A stretch of 64,000 bases of DNA from Raillietiella orientalis (taxonomy: Eukaryota), in contig JAYWIR010000042.1 of NCBI GenBank assembly GCA_036172245.1, positions 372,001 to 436,000 of the forward strand. The letters are read 5' to 3'. The position numbers and the translations under genes were made by a program. The notes beneath the pieces are model-generated. The model saw nothing but the letters and a program-made list of their open reading frames with translations. It made no database searches and was not told the DNA's origin. This document shows positions 51,203-64,000 of the stretch, in pieces. Numbering within the stretch: position 1 is the first letter of the stretch; every line of letters begins with the position of its first letter.

Positions 51203-54200
51203 CTATTCGAAACAAGGAGAAGAACTTGAGAAGTGTGCCAATCCTGGAAGTAATTTTTTTTTTTTTTTTCATCATCATCATCACTCATAGTCGTCAGCAT
51301 TCGCTGAGTCGCATCGGTTGCACTGCGCAATGGGAGCTCTTTCAAGAAGCAGACGCTCCTTGGAACCACGCTAACCCTGGTTGTCGGAATTTATCTCTAG
51401 ATGGCTCACGTCTCTCCGCACAATGCATTTGCATTGCTGCTGCTTTTTCTCACACGCAAGATCCGGGACTTCGGTTGCTCGTCAAGAGGAACTCACGGTA
51501 GCAAAAGAGTACCTTCCTACTATTTCAAGACCCGTTGCGACCTCCTGATTGCCTGGGGAACCCCACGTATAAACAAAACAGGAGCATGTTTACCACCATT
51601 CCCCTCTCGAAATTTAGCTCTTTCGTGACGGTACCCGCCCAGTTTTCCTGCACCACCGCATCTCCATTTATGATTTACACAACTGAGTGATCTCTCTCCA
51701 GGAATGAGATCTCATGTGCCTCTCAAGGGCAGACAACCCGACTTTCTACTTCCGGTTCTAAAGAAACTTTCCGTCCGCTCTTGAGCTTGCTGGAAGAGTC
51801 ATTCGAAGATTGATCACCTCCCCAAGAGGTACGCCCAGATTTCATTCGGTAGATGATCCTGTTGGTGGTGCATGATTCTGAGAAAAAACACAACACGCCT
51901 CAATCACATTCACTCTTAACTTCCCGAAGCTCCATCTACGCTCAACTTTCCCGGAATTTTTCGTCTCACAGTTCACCAGCTACGAGAAGCTTGTCTTCTC
52001 CGCTACCAATCTCTGACAGTGTCTCCCACAGCTGTACTAAATGAAGGAATGACCAGCCCTACTTATCGTCCAGCTCTGCCCTTTGCCGCACAGTAACAGA
52101 GCTGCCATACGAATAATCAAGCTGCTCAGCATTACAATCATTCGGTTGCATCCTCCTTTCTTCTTACCCATCATGACCTCATGTGTGAATCCCAGGCATA
52201 CCTCTCTTTTCCCTCCACCAGACAATTCCTTTACATTTATCTTTGAACGAATCGCACTAGCTACTGGGAAACGCCACATTAGGCGTTTACCGGAGAACGT
52301 CGAAAGAGCAAGAACGGAAGGAAAGAAAGGATTAAGAGAAAGTTTCGAAATGAGATCCAAATTCCCCTCTTTGGAGAGAACATCCAAACCGTGGAGCGAA
52401 ATTCAGCAACGAGCATGAACTGGATAACGGTGGCAGCTAGGTAGGGGCCAGCGACACAAAATCATCATCACCAAACAAAGCGAGATTCTTCCAGATCTAC
52501 TGCTGTTCTAAATATGAATTCATCATCCCTGGTTTCCTTGGTCTTTTAGAAGTGACCTGTTCCGTGAAATAGAACAATGAGGAATCACCTTTGTGGGACA
52601 CTTTCGGGATAGCAAAAAGGCTAAGGCATCCTCCATACGAAACATCAACATAGTGTGAGCTATTGGAAAACGAGGCAACAGAATGCTCTTTCTGGGAACA
52701 AAACACTCCTTGAGTTGTGTGAGGGAATCTGTTTTTCTACAGGGGGTACCGCTGCTTTTATCACAGGAGATCAACGTAATCCTTCTTGGTTCCTCTGTAG
52801 CTTCTCGGGAAGATTTGGATAAAACCAATGGATGCATGCCGAAGATGACTAGATTCACGGAAACACAAACACCTTCAGCTATTTGTGGGGTCAAGGGTGA
52901 AAACACAGCCCATGAAGAAATCGGAACGGAAGCCGTTAATTCTCTTCCTAGAGATCTGCAGCACTCGAGGGCGTTCGCGAACAAGCTGGACGAGAAGCCA
53001 CCACCGCCAACTCGAAACCGTATCGAAAATGAAATCAGTTGCCATGACGAAAAAATCAGAGCATTTCAGCTTATGCAATTCCTTTCTTCTAAGCGGTCCA
53101 TTCCATGTTCAGAAGCCACGAACAGTACTCTGCGGCTGTTTGTCATTCCTGCTGAAATCCTACGGGCGGCGTTCGCCGCTACTGTCTTCAGGGGCAAGAG
53201 TCTGAAGAGAGGAAAAGGCTCAACATGCTGTCTCTACGCGAAGGAGCTTGCCTCTTGATCTCGCAACGCGACGTGAGGACGGCGAACGCGGAAGAGGGGT
53301 GTAAAAAATCTTTCTCACGGTCACCTCCTTGATGCTTGCGGAAAGTTCCTGGAGTGTCGAGCCAAGTCGGCTTCTTCTCTCGGAGGCAGAACTGTCAGAG
53401 CACTTGCTTTGTGAACGCCTGCGGCCTCAGACGGATTCCACTCCAGACTTGCGAGTTTTTTTTTTCTTTTCTTTCCCCCACTGATCGAGATAAGCGGGTT
53501 TTTCAAAAACACCCTTCTCGGTCGCGCCAGAGAATTTCTGATGCTCGCTGCCTGCGGACCGCCTCCGAGAAAGACCTGGTGCCGTCATCAAGTCCCGGAG
53601 ACGGACCCACATTTCTTACAGAATGATGATTGGTTCCTGATGATCTGGCAGCTCAGAAAGTGTCTTTGAAGGCATGGATTCCGGATCGGTCTCTTGTAGC
53701 TTCGGGTACCCCTTTCCCTGGACCCTATTTCTGCAGTCACTCCATCACGCAGTATTAGAAGGGCGAGCCGCTCTCCGGAGAGCTCTTGAGGCTCGTGGAA
53801 CAGCAGTTGGGCATCCTGATCTCGAGATTGCTCCAAGTTTCGTGCTCCGCCGTAGACGATGGAATCCGGAAGTCGACGCTGGAACGGTGGGAAAAAATTC
53901 TCAGCGATATCGCAAGTGGGAGCGAAACTTATGCGATCCGGAAACAGAGGAAGTCGTACTGGAGACAAAGACCGCAGATTTACTGCAGGTGGGCGATCAT
54001 CTTTTTGCCTCCAGTTCCTTCAGAAATAACTCACTATTCCCTCAGAGATGTCAGTCGTACGGAATTTTCTTGACTGGTTCCCATTTTTCTTCTTCTTCTT
54101 CTTCTTCTCTACGGATAGACATGTGTTCTTCTTCAAATGCCCATGAAGACCATTCTTGCTTTCCCAAGTCAAACGCAAGCCCCGAAGAACTGCGTTTTCA

Positions 54201-57016
54201 TGTGCCGTGTTTTGAAGGCACCTTTGGAAAGACCAGCCGCGCGGGAAACGCATTTTTCAACCATGGCTGATTCCTGCTAACAGCGCGAGGTCACTCCCGC
54301 TGCCACCGGAGGTCCTCTCGGATTCGATTCGGACTTATCCGTACATCCAATGAGCCTCATTGAAATTCCAGAGCGATGAGCTAGAATCAGCCAGAAAATT
54401 CTGCAAATTCTTCATCCTGCTCTGAAAAGCGAGATTAAGATGGAAGTCGACGCCTTTAAAGCGGACACGACGTCGTTTTGTGGATGCTGGGTTCCTGAGA
54501 TGAGAGCAGGATGCTAGTTCCCGCACACGGATACGCGGGTCCAGCGAGACAGCTGAAGGACCTTGCAACGTTGCATCCCGAGACAGCAACTTCGGGCAGC
54601 TTTCCCTTCCTTTGAGGAAACGGATGATGGATTTGGGCTGGCAGATGACGACGAATCGGTCTTAGGGTGCCATCGCGACCGTGTTGACACGCGAGTGGGG
54701 CCAGTTCTCCACCAGTAAATGGGTAGATGTCGAATTTGAGCTCTTTCTTGCTTTCAGTCTTTCCTGTGAGCCGCCAGCTGAAGAAGGCACTCGGCCCTCG
54801 GTGACGCGGCGGAGGTGCCTCCCTGTCTTCCCGGAGAGAGGAGAGTCCATCGGACGACGTGTTTGCTGAATGCTGTAGCTGAGTCCTCGAACAGTGAAGA
54901 GTTTTCGCACGGCGGCTGCAGCATCCGAACCAAACTCTGTGGCTCCACTTATCTGCTTCTGCTCCGCCACGGGTTCCCGGGATGGGTTCAGGGAAACTTC
55001 TTGGGTTTCGCAACGCCAAAGTAGGTTTCGACATTCCTGGGAATGCCACTAACGAAGTACGGAAGCAGCCGAGAAAGAAACGGCAAAGCCACGCGAGCAT
55101 TCCAGACCCCCTGAGGTTGCAGGGTTCCGCATAGGAAATCTTTTCAGGGGAACGCGAATCCCGTTTCTTCTGTTTTTTTTTTTTATTTGCTTTTGGAAGA
55201 GGTGAGCCAAACGGAAAGCTGCTCGATCCTGTTGGAAGGAGAACATTGTCCCAAGCATGTTTGGGAAGTGGGCAATGCTGGAGAAGGAATCTCTCGTGGA
55301 GATCGGGAGAATTTACAGGGAAGCGATCGCCTCTCTTTCCGGAGGGAAAGCAACCAATGAAGAGACTGATATCCGCAGGACGGGATCTCTGAGGCGGAAT
55401 CGATTGATCGCCGGAAGGCGAACGCATCCCAGGATTGGCAGCCGGCGACTGGGAGGGAGGAAAAGATGAGAGAATTCCGGATCCTCAAAAGGAGGCAACG
55501 CCGGCATTTGGAAAAAACCGGGAAACTTTTCCTCCAGCGAAGTTCCCTAGGCGAGCGCCGTCGGCCGATCTGCGTAGAAAGAGCGCGAATTTTGGTCCAG
55601 GAGAAAGTTCAAGGCTTCTCTGCGACTTGAGGAAGATGGACCGGGAGTTGGTCCCTTTTCCTTGAACTTCCCGAGGTGCCCCAAACGGAAAACGCCTGGT
55701 GGGATTTTGAGCCACGAGAGAGGCGAGCGCACGGCAAGCCGGAAGCGGCACTCCCTGGGTTTTTACGGTTCCCACTTTCGTCTTCTTCCCTTCGTTGGTC
55801 GATCTTCGTCTCGCCCCCGCATCCGAGCTCTCAGAGAGCAGCCAGCGCGTCGGAAGAGGCATTCCCCGCCGTCACTCGACGAGGAGCCGCAGCTGGTGCC
55901 CACCGGCCGCGGACGCGAGCAAGCGGCAGGAGCACGCGAGCGAGGCATACGCCAGGACGTGGAGGGAAGACGTCTAAGGTCAAACGGGCCAAGAGTCATT
56001 CGTCTTGCCGCGGCAGATCCGCGGCGGAGGCGCGCGCTTATGCGTGGGCGACTCTCGGCAGAGGAGTGGTCGTGGCGGGGGCCCTCGATGAGAAAGGGAG
56101 TACGGGTTCCGCGGATGCACCGAAATTTGGACGGCGACCCACTAGTGGGCCGGGCATCGCAGTGGAGGGTGGTGCCTTAGCAACACAAGGGGGGAAGGAA
56201 AGGAAGCTTCGATTTCTCTCGGAACAGAAGGGGGTGCCCGGCAAAAATTCCACTCCGCAACGCGCACCCGGCGCTCGGGAAGCAATCCGGGAACGCTCGG
56301 TACGCAAAGAGCTCCCTCCGGAAGGAGCCAAAGAACAGGGAAGGGAGGAAAGGTGAAAAAAGCACGGAGGGAATTGTCTCAGCGGTCCTTTTGCCTTTCG
56401 TCCCCGCGTCCGTGTCCGAGGAAGAGCTATCGAGTCGAACAAGTCTGCGGACATGGAGAGGGGGAGGGGAGGGGGAACCTCTGCGTGTGGTGCCTCCTGA
56501 AAAATTTGCCTCTGGTCAAGAAAAGGACGATGGTCCAGTGGACCCTAGCGTCACGGGAAGAGGAACCTGGCGCGGGGGCTGGTTCCTGGGCTGGCGGTTT
56601 CGCGGGATCCGCCAGTATGCTGGCGGCATGGCCGGATTCGGGCGAGCTCTGGCAATCTGTCCTTCGCGGAGACCGCCGTTCGCGGGGAGAAAAGGTCATT
56701 TCCTCTCTCCCTCCCTCTCTCTCGCTTTTTCTCGAAACCCGAGAAATAGGAGCCAAGCGCCTGCCTACTGAGGTCGCCTAGCCATTTCCCTGAGGCGCTC
56801 GAGGGAGTTTGCTAGCTTGGGGGCTATCGGTGGGCGCGCGCGACGCTCGTCCGTCCCCGCTCCGCCCTTTCGCCGGCTCGCGGCGGGTGCCCCTGCTGGC
56901 TTTCCGCAGGACCATCGGTCCGCCCTCGAGCGCCTCTCCCGGGAACCTCCCGCCCGGCGATGGCTCCGCCTCGGGGGCACGGCCCGGTCCGCGACAGGAG
57001 GGGGCGAGGTACTCAC

Positions 57017-57127
57017 AGTTTCTGGCGCGGGTTGAGAACCATCCGGTAGATCAGGTTCAGGCTGAAGTACAGGAGGACGAAGACCAACAGGTCGGGCCAC
57101 AACACCTTGTACACGCTGCCCTTCCAG
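57017..57127 (-). CDS. Best: Bestrophin exon 2 (TM1)
   Basis: Reads (C)WKGSVYKVLWPDLLVFVLLYFSLNLIYRMVLNPRQK(L). ctttcag acceptor and GTGAGT donor. Confidence 0.95.
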
Positions 57128-57977
57128 CTGAAAGAGAGACGCCCTTCAGACGGGTGGTTCTTGAGGAGGCATCTGCGACGGCTGCAGCGCGGAGCTCGAA
57201 TTCGAAACGCCTGGAGCGGAGGGGGCGAAGCGCAGGGCGCGTCCGGGAGCCCAGTGAGCGCTCTCGCAAGGCGCGCCGCCGCCGTCGTCGCCGCCTGGCA
57301 GCAGCGGCGGCAGAGGGCAAGCCTCCGGCGTGCTGCGCATCCCCAGGGTGCCCTGACCCGGGAAGAGGCTGCTTCCGGTGACCCCCTCTCCTTTTCCCCT
57401 TCTCCTCCATTACACTGCTCCACCCTCCCCCTTCGAGCGGTCTTCTGAGCCGTCCCCTCAGTCTGCACCTCCGGCGCACCTGCTCGACTCTTCCTGCTGC
57501 TCCGGCAGGCCATCTGGAGACGTCTTCGCGAGTGCGATCGACCGGCGTGTGCCTGCTGGCCTCCTCCGACCTCAGTCCGACCTCTTGGACCTTAGAGGGG
57601 AGGGCGCAGGGAGGGATACCGAAGGGGAAGGAGAAGAGGATTCGACCTCTGGCAGCGAGGAGCGCACGGGTGGAGCCGACGACGACACTGCTTCAGGGGG
57701 ACGAGGAAAAAGGGGGTTGAGGAAGCGGGTAGGGATAGAGCGCGACGTCCGAAGCCCCTTGCCTGGGACTCGGAAGGCTTCTCTCTTCGAGGTGATCTCC
57801 TCCGTTGGTCTCGAAGGTTTCCCTGGGGGCAGGGTGCTCTCAGAAGAGTGACCCCGGGCTCGTCCGAGAGCGGGAAAGGGTCCGAAGGGACGTCTGATCT
57901 TTCGCTCCCTCCCCTCGGTTCGCGGAACCATCCCGCGCAGGCACCTCGGACAGCTGCCCCTTTTGTACTGTCAAGAA

Positions 57978-58043
57978 CCAATGGGGAGCCCCAGCATCGC
58001 CGTGCGGCCAATCAGCGAGCAGTCGAACCGCAAGGGACACGTG
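57978..58043 (+). promoter_or_regulatory. CCAAT, CCAAT and CACGTG motif cluster in bestrophin intron 1
   Basis: CCAAT at 57978, CCAAT at 58008 (in the context gGCCAATCAGc) and E-box CACGTG at 58038. Confidence 0.3.
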
Positions 58044-60009
58044 CCGTTCCACGACGATACCCGCGATCTCCAGGCGATGCTTGGCTACCCGATAACTGTT
58101 AGAAAAGGGGGATCAGGGATCGGGTGAGGGAAAGGGAGAGCAGGACGGTGTTCTTGCTTCTCAGACACAACTAGCTGGTGGCGCTCCATTCGATAGACGC
58201 GCAGAGGGGGGTCCCTGGAGGATTCACGCCGGGAAGGAGCGTGTCCGGGAACGAAGAAAGAGTGGCGGAGGGGAGGGGGAGCGAGCAAGGAGAACGTCGG
58301 GAGATCTGGGATGGCTTACGGGCGGCAGTCGGTGGCCAGGATGCGCAGCACCGTCTTCTCAAGGTCACGAGCGCTCTCCACGAGGTCAGGAATAGGAACG
58401 GGCTGGCGGCCACGACTAGCCCGCTCATCCTTGGACGCGCGCGCAAGCACTGGGGGGAGGGAGAGAGGGGAGGATCAGGGCCTTCCGGAAAGAGGAGGAT
58501 GTGGAGAATCCTAGCCGAAGGACGCGCGGGGGTCACAGGTTCCGGAAGCGACCTTGACCCTGCGCTCTCCCATGCAGGGGTTTCATTGAGATGGGAGGAA
58601 GCTGGGCGGAGGTGGCTCTTTTGGGCCCGTTCGCGCCCGAGCGGAGGAGGGAAGTAGCCACTTCCAGACGTCCGTCCTTGCCCTGTGATCTCATCCCAGA
58701 CCACCCTTCGTCTCCTCCTCGGCTTTTCATGTTCAAGCGGTCGCAGGGTGCAAGCAGAAACCGGGAAGGGGCGCAAGCGCCCGAGGGTCAACTGGAGGAG
58801 ATCGGAGGAGGGGGAGGGGGAGACGACGGTTGGAACCAGCGACCTCGCACCCGAGAGGGACGACTCCGCTGCCGCTTCCGCCCTGCACTTCCAGGAATAC
58901 GCGAGGGGGCGCCTCTTCTCCCGCGACCACGGATGGGAAGGTGCCCCGCTGCTGTCGAGGAAAGTCTAGGGCCTTTCTTGCCCTCTTTCCTGTCCCTTGA
59001 GCGTGATCTCGCCCCCACTCTGTTCGGACCCCTCTGCGTCCGCGGAGCCATCTCCCTTCCCGGCGAGAAGACGCGGCCCCGAGTGCCCTTCCTCCCTTTC
59101 GATCCCACTTTTTCCCGTCGCCCCGCTCCACTCGATGTCTTCCATTTTTTTCGTATCCTTCCGCTGACCACTCCGGGAGCGCTGGGATCTCTCCCCCCTC
59201 TCCATTTCCCGAACGCATCCCTCCACACGATCACTTCGACCTCCACCCTCCTATCGCCCGAGCGGGAGTGGCAATCGGCTGTTCCTGGTCCCCGGCCCTT
59301 GAGGGTGGGAGCAGCTGTGTGGCGGATGAAGGTTGGCGCACGTCTCTTCTGGAGAGGCAAACCCTAGCCGGATGAAAAAGACCCCCTGACCTCTTCAGCG
59401 ATGGTCCGGCGATCGCCTCTGCTTTCTTCGCGGGGACAGGCAAGGGGAGAGGTAGCGCCTGCCTCTTTCGTGCCATCGGTTGCCGACGGCGCCGGGGAGT
59501 CAGGTCGGAGCGACCGGTCGGAAGGCCGGTCGAGCGCGCGCATTCGTCACTGCGAGGCGCGCGGGTGGCCTCAGGAAGTGTCCGAGATGCGGGGTAGGAT
59601 GGGGAGTACGGGAGGGAAGGGAGCATTTCTCCTCCCCCAGGACGCCTGCTCCATCGTCGGGCCGGGGATGGCGGGGGGGGGGGGGAGGCAACCTTTCCTG
59701 TCGCACCCGCTCCCCCGCGTGACCAATCCAGGCGCGTAGGAAGCTTCCCCTGCCAGCGAGGAGGCGGACTGCTTCCGCCCGCTCCCGGGTACGGAGGGAG
59801 GTCGGTACCGCTCTTCCCCTTCCCTCTGGGGCTCCTTCCCAGGTCCCTTGGGGTCCCCCGGGATCCCCTCCCCCGCCGGTGCGTCTTCCCGTCGCTCCCC
59901 CTCCGAGCGGGGCGTCGTCGTCGCCGCTTCCCCGAGTTGACTGGACAAGGAGGGGTCCCTCCTTCCTTGCGCCCCCCGTCCCGACCCCGGAAAGCGCCAG
60001 AGGGCTCAC

Positions 60010-60077
60010 CAGAGAAGCAACTTGATGAAGGCGCCCCTCCTGCTCGTCGCCAGGCTGTTCGTGTAACTCACGGTCAT
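60010..60077 (-). CDS. Best: Bestrophin exon 1 (start codon)
   Basis: Reads MTVSYTNSLATSRRGAFIKLLL(C), a canonical bestrophin N-terminus. TG|GTGAG donor. Exons 1-8 splice in phase to 391 aa. Confidence 0.95.
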
Positions 60078-62203
60078 CCTCGCTCGCGATGGATTGCCAC
60101 GATGTCCACCGCGCAGGCACCGTCGGCGGACTCGGAATTCCCCGGACGGAAAGGCGCGAGGGAACGAACGGCCGGGGAGAGCGAGAGCGAGGCGAGGGGG
60201 AGGGCGAGAAGAGAGGGAAAAAGGAGGAGGAGGAAGGTAGGTAGGTGGGGGCTGGTGGAGCCGGTGGAGCATGGGTGGGTGGGGTTCGAGAGAGAGGACG
60301 GACAAAAGCGCTGCTCGCGGCACGCAGACGGAGTCGCAGACTCGGCGGCGGCGGAGCTGCGCGCAGGCAAAGCGGCGGCGTCGGCATCAGCAGCCTCCAA
60401 GAGGCCGCCGACAGGCTGGCTGCCGCTCGCGGCGACCGCCAAGCCGGGCGGAAGAGGGAGGCGCCGAGCGCGCGATTCCGGGAGGGAGCTAGCTCGAGTG
60501 GGCCGCCGCTTGTCTCCGGGGTGGGGGGAAGGGCATCAGCCCCTCGCCACCTGTCCCGGGTCGTCGTTCCGCAACCACTCCCATCCCTCCTCCACATCCT
60601 CCCAGGGGCGCGTCCTCGGCCGGCTTCCATCTCATGAGCTCCGCCTTGACTTTCCGGAAACCGGAAGCGATTGATCCCCGGCCGCGCCCCCTGCCTGGAG
60701 GAGAGGAGGAGCTGAAAGCCCCATGGGCGCGCGCCGTCGACGGCTCATCGTGCGTTCCGTTCCTGCTTCTCCGTGACCGTCTTTGCTAGAGGCAACAACC
60801 CGGTCAGGGAACTGCCCCTTCAGCCTTCCTGAAATTCCTGTCCTCCCCCCCCTCCTCCCATGGCACCCAAGCCTAAATCCGCCAGAGGAAGGGTTGACCG
60901 CTTGAGACAGCCGAGAGGAAAGCAGAGGAAGCACGTGGCTCCTCCCGGGGCGTGCACTTGCAAATACCGCGCTGATCCGGATGCGGAGAGACACGAGGTC
61001 GAGGAGGGGGCAACGGTATGACAGCAGGGAGATTCCTCGCTTCCTTTCTGTGAGTCGGAAGCGGAGCAACTGCATGCGCGCGTAGACAGGCAACCTCTTC
61101 TTATGGGGAGGAAACCGCCCCTGTTGGGAGGAAGAGGGCGGAAGGGGCGCTCGCGCCATCGTTCCGCGCTCTCTCACGGATGACCACCTGACCCACGACT
61201 TCCATTTCGTCTCGTCGTCGGCGCGCTGCGCCTGGGCGACTGCTCGAAGAGGGGGGGCATTGCCCGTGGGGGTGTCTCTGGGCGGCACGGCAGCTCGCTC
61301 ATCCGGTCGGCCTCAACCGGGTCCCAGCTGCTTGTCGCTTCCGGCGAGCGCCTCGGGCGGGCCACACCGAGAGGCGGCGTGCCTCGGGCGGGGATCGCTC
61401 CGAAGGAAGCGCAGCGCCGCATCTGGGAACGGCTGCCCGCCTCGCTGAGGGCAGGGAAGAGGGTTGGAGGACCAGGAGCTGCGGGGCGTTTCCTCTGGAG
61501 GCGCTCCTTCTGTCCCGTCGAAGCCCCGGGGCTTCCGGGAACCGTCTCCCTCCTGGCGCTCCTCAGGGTTCTCTCAGAGATGCCTTCCTGCACGGGGGCT
61601 GCTGACGCTCTCAGCCATCTCTTCTGTAGGATGAGCAGCGCTGCGGTTGCGGTGGTACGGGGACAAGCGCCTGGTCCCAGCTTCACAGGGAGGGAAGCCA
61701 GGACGTCTTCTCCCCTTCTTTCAGACGAGGGCTCCTCCTCCTAGGTGCTCGGCGGCACCGCGACCTTGGAGAGCGGGTTCCCTCGGGGCACTTCTCTCGT
61801 GTCCCTGTTGCCCGCGGGTTGCGGTTTTTCTGTGGGGAGGCGGGAGGTTTGCTGACCTCCCTGGATTCCGGCTCCCCCAGCACCCGTTCGCTGGAGGTGG
61901 AAGGAGGAAGGCGAGGAGAAGAAACGGAAGGGAGCAGAGGAACAGCGCTGCTCTTTGAGAACGCTCTTCAATATTCTTGCAGATAAAACGCCGCAGGAAA
62001 CGCATCCGCTTATCCCAACGCGTTTCTTGTGTATTCTTTCTTTCCTTTTGCTTACAACAAACGCTCGGAAAGGATGCGAGCTGAGACGCCGGGAAATCCG
62101 CGAAGGCCCAAGATGCCCAGGGGGCGCTGCTGGCAAGCCAGCAGGCCTCCTAGCGTAATGCACTTCCTCGGGATGGAGGTTGGGGAAGAGAGCAGGCAAA
62201 GAA

Positions 62204-62222
62204 AGAGAGAGAGAGAGAGAGA
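62204..62222. repeat. Short (GA)n tract upstream of bestrophin
   Basis: Directly visible. A similar tract lies near 44447-44468. Confidence 0.7.
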
Positions 62223-64000
62223 AACCACCTGAGCTTGCGGGGTCACTGGGAAGATGTGCAGGACGCAGGATCACCTTGTTTCACAGGTGCCGAGTGCGGG
62301 CACCTCGTTGTCCTTGTGAGAGATGGGGGGTGGCACCCCTGCCGTGTTGTCCACAGCACTTTGCAGCAGAGAGCTGTAATGGCCCCGCATGAGGCCTTGA
62401 ACCGAGCACGAAGAGGCCGCCCCGGGTTCATCCGCGCTGGAGGATCCACCAGCAAGCACTCTTGGAGCACCCGTGCCCTTTGACTCCGGGGTGGGCCCAC
62501 CCACCTACGGGTGGTTTTCCTCCAGCATCGGTAGACCGAAGGGCGAAATTCCGCGCCTCCAGCTGCTGAGTGGTGGGCGGTTGGGACTTCCCCAGACGGA
62601 CGGAGTTGCTGCTGTGGAATCAGGGAAGGGAATCCTCCTTCCCGAAGCTGGCAGCTGAGGAAGAGGGACAGGAGAACAACCTCTGCCTGAGACTGGATGC
62701 CCGCTCTGAAGCGGAAGGGGAAGGTCTAGTGGTTTGGAGAAGGTTCCTTGTGCCCGCATGGCAGGAAGGGAACGCGACCGCCCCACTCATGGTTTCGGGA
62801 TCCCTCTTCCGCACCTGCCCCAACTACTTCAAGTTCTCTCTGGAGCCCGTGAGAGTGGGATCTTTGTTCCCACGGAGCGGTTGCTAGTTTCACTCCTAGG
62901 TTTATCTTCTTTCGGAGACGCTGCATCGCTGCTGTGGCACCCAACTGATGGATTCCTTATGAAGTCATAATTCCACCTCCCATCCCACCCCTATCCTGCC
63001 GTTGCAGAATTGGAGTCTCGGGAAGTTGAGGGAGTGGGGAGAAGGGAAGAGGAGACTGAAGTCAGTCTCCTGGAGCAGCGGCGGTGTTCGCAGCAGGACG
63101 CTCCAGATGGAGGCACTGGTAGTGTGGAAAGGAGGCGAGACCCCCTGCATTCCTTTTTCTGGACACGGTGACTCCCGACGGATCGCCTGAGGTGACAGGT
63201 GATCGACCATGTGCTCTCCCCTTCTTCACTCGAGACACGATCGCGTCCTTCCTTCATCGGGGTTTCTGCGAAACCGGAGCCGGCTTCGCACGGAAAAGGA
63301 GAACCGCTCCGGGTGGCAAGAAGATCGGATCTGTCCCGAGCCGGCTGTCGGACTGCGGCGGGAGGTCCTCCCTCGCCCAATGGATACCCGCGAAGACCTC
63401 GTTCGACCTCGTTTCTCGGTCCCAGATGGACTACCGCCGGCGCTTGCTACGTCTGCGGTATCGAAGCAGCAGCCTGTCTTGCGACGGAACCATACTAGCA
63501 GCACTGCGGCGCCATTCTTCTAGACTCCCTGCCCTCCATGTCCTCTGGTGTGCTCTCACCGAGAGCCGGAAAGATGCCTTCTTTCGAACCCAGCAGCAGC
63601 CCGCATCTCTGCACGACGAGCGGGATGCTACCATGAAGCCCTTGCATTCCACAGCTAGTTTGTTCGGCACCATTTCATCCCGATTTGCATTGGGGGAAGG
63701 AGCTTGCGAACGGCTCCCTGGGATAGCGGCCCACATACTCCTCTTCCGTTTTGACTGCTACCGTTTCCTCTGAATGAGCCAGTGGATAGCAAGTGAATCG
63801 ATAATCTCCAGTAGGTGGGCATTCATGTAATTCCAGTAGCACGTGAGAAAGAGTTCTATTGCTGCGTAGTGGATGCATTCCTTGAGAGTTTCCCCTCTCT
63901 GAGTCATGGTGGCGTTTCTGGTCCCGATGGAGGTCTCATTGACCCAGCAAGAAGTCAGTGTTCTGGTAACAGGCATCGATCGAGAAGCCCAGAGTGAAAG

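Larger units (their letters stand above)
55700..62200. promoter_or_regulatory. GC/CpG-rich domain covering the bestrophin 5' end (boundaries approximate)
   Basis: Visibly the most GC-rich part of the window, with many G- and C-tracts. It covers exons 1-2 and the upstream region, and it accounts for the dense spurious ORFs there. Confidence 0.55.

Noticed and set aside
51960..52045. LWETLSEIGSGEDKLLVAGE (-), resembling an APE endonuclease motif
   Set aside because: It lacks GDFN and is surrounded by stops; the similarity is too weak.
54456..55427. 323-aa minus-strand ORF in bestrophin intron 2
   Set aside because: No recognisable motif, crosses a homopolymer tract, and is not needed for the bestrophin frame.
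59500..60674. Long ORFs 59500..60630 (-, 376 aa) and 59937..60674 (+, 245 aa)
   Set aside because: Low-complexity R/P/G/A translations typical of stop-poor GC-rich DNA. The real coding part is the 68-nt bestrophin exon 1 in another frame.
1..64000. CRISPR arrays, operons, rRNA, tRNA or snRNA genes, LTR elements
   Set aside because: The DNA is intron-containing and eukaryotic. By eye I saw no regularly spaced repeats, structural RNA signatures or paired LTRs; an Infernal/tRNAscan-SE run would be needed to exclude small RNAs.

Overview
Eukaryotic genomic DNA, probably arthropod (inferred from a CP190-type BTB protein and spliceosomal introns). Most entries in the six-frame ORF track are chance ORFs, and the real genes have to be assembled across introns. 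Three genes are well supported. (1) The 3' part of a CP190-like BTB/C2H2 zinc-finger gene lies on + at 999-3223, in AT-rich, CpG-depleted DNA. (2) A three-exon ZNF474-like C2HC zinc-finger gene lies on + at 16666-19398 (321 aa). (3) A bestrophin Ca2+-activated anion channel gene lies on -, with its ATG at 60077 and eight exons traced to about 43234; its C-terminus is unresolved. Mobile DNA includes a 931-bp 5'-truncated L1/Tx1-like retrotransposon with a 17-bp target-site duplication (4821-5751), a MITE-like element (11117-11663) and two copies of a ~130-bp repeat. The most unusual traits are very short introns (38-54 nt, some with AAG acceptors), two zinc fingers that have lost His ligands, an E-to-K change at a usually acidic bestrophin position, and a candidate small myristoylated orphan gene. 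I found no convincing new multi-gene system, and large parts of 6-16 kb and 22-42 kb remain unexplained.
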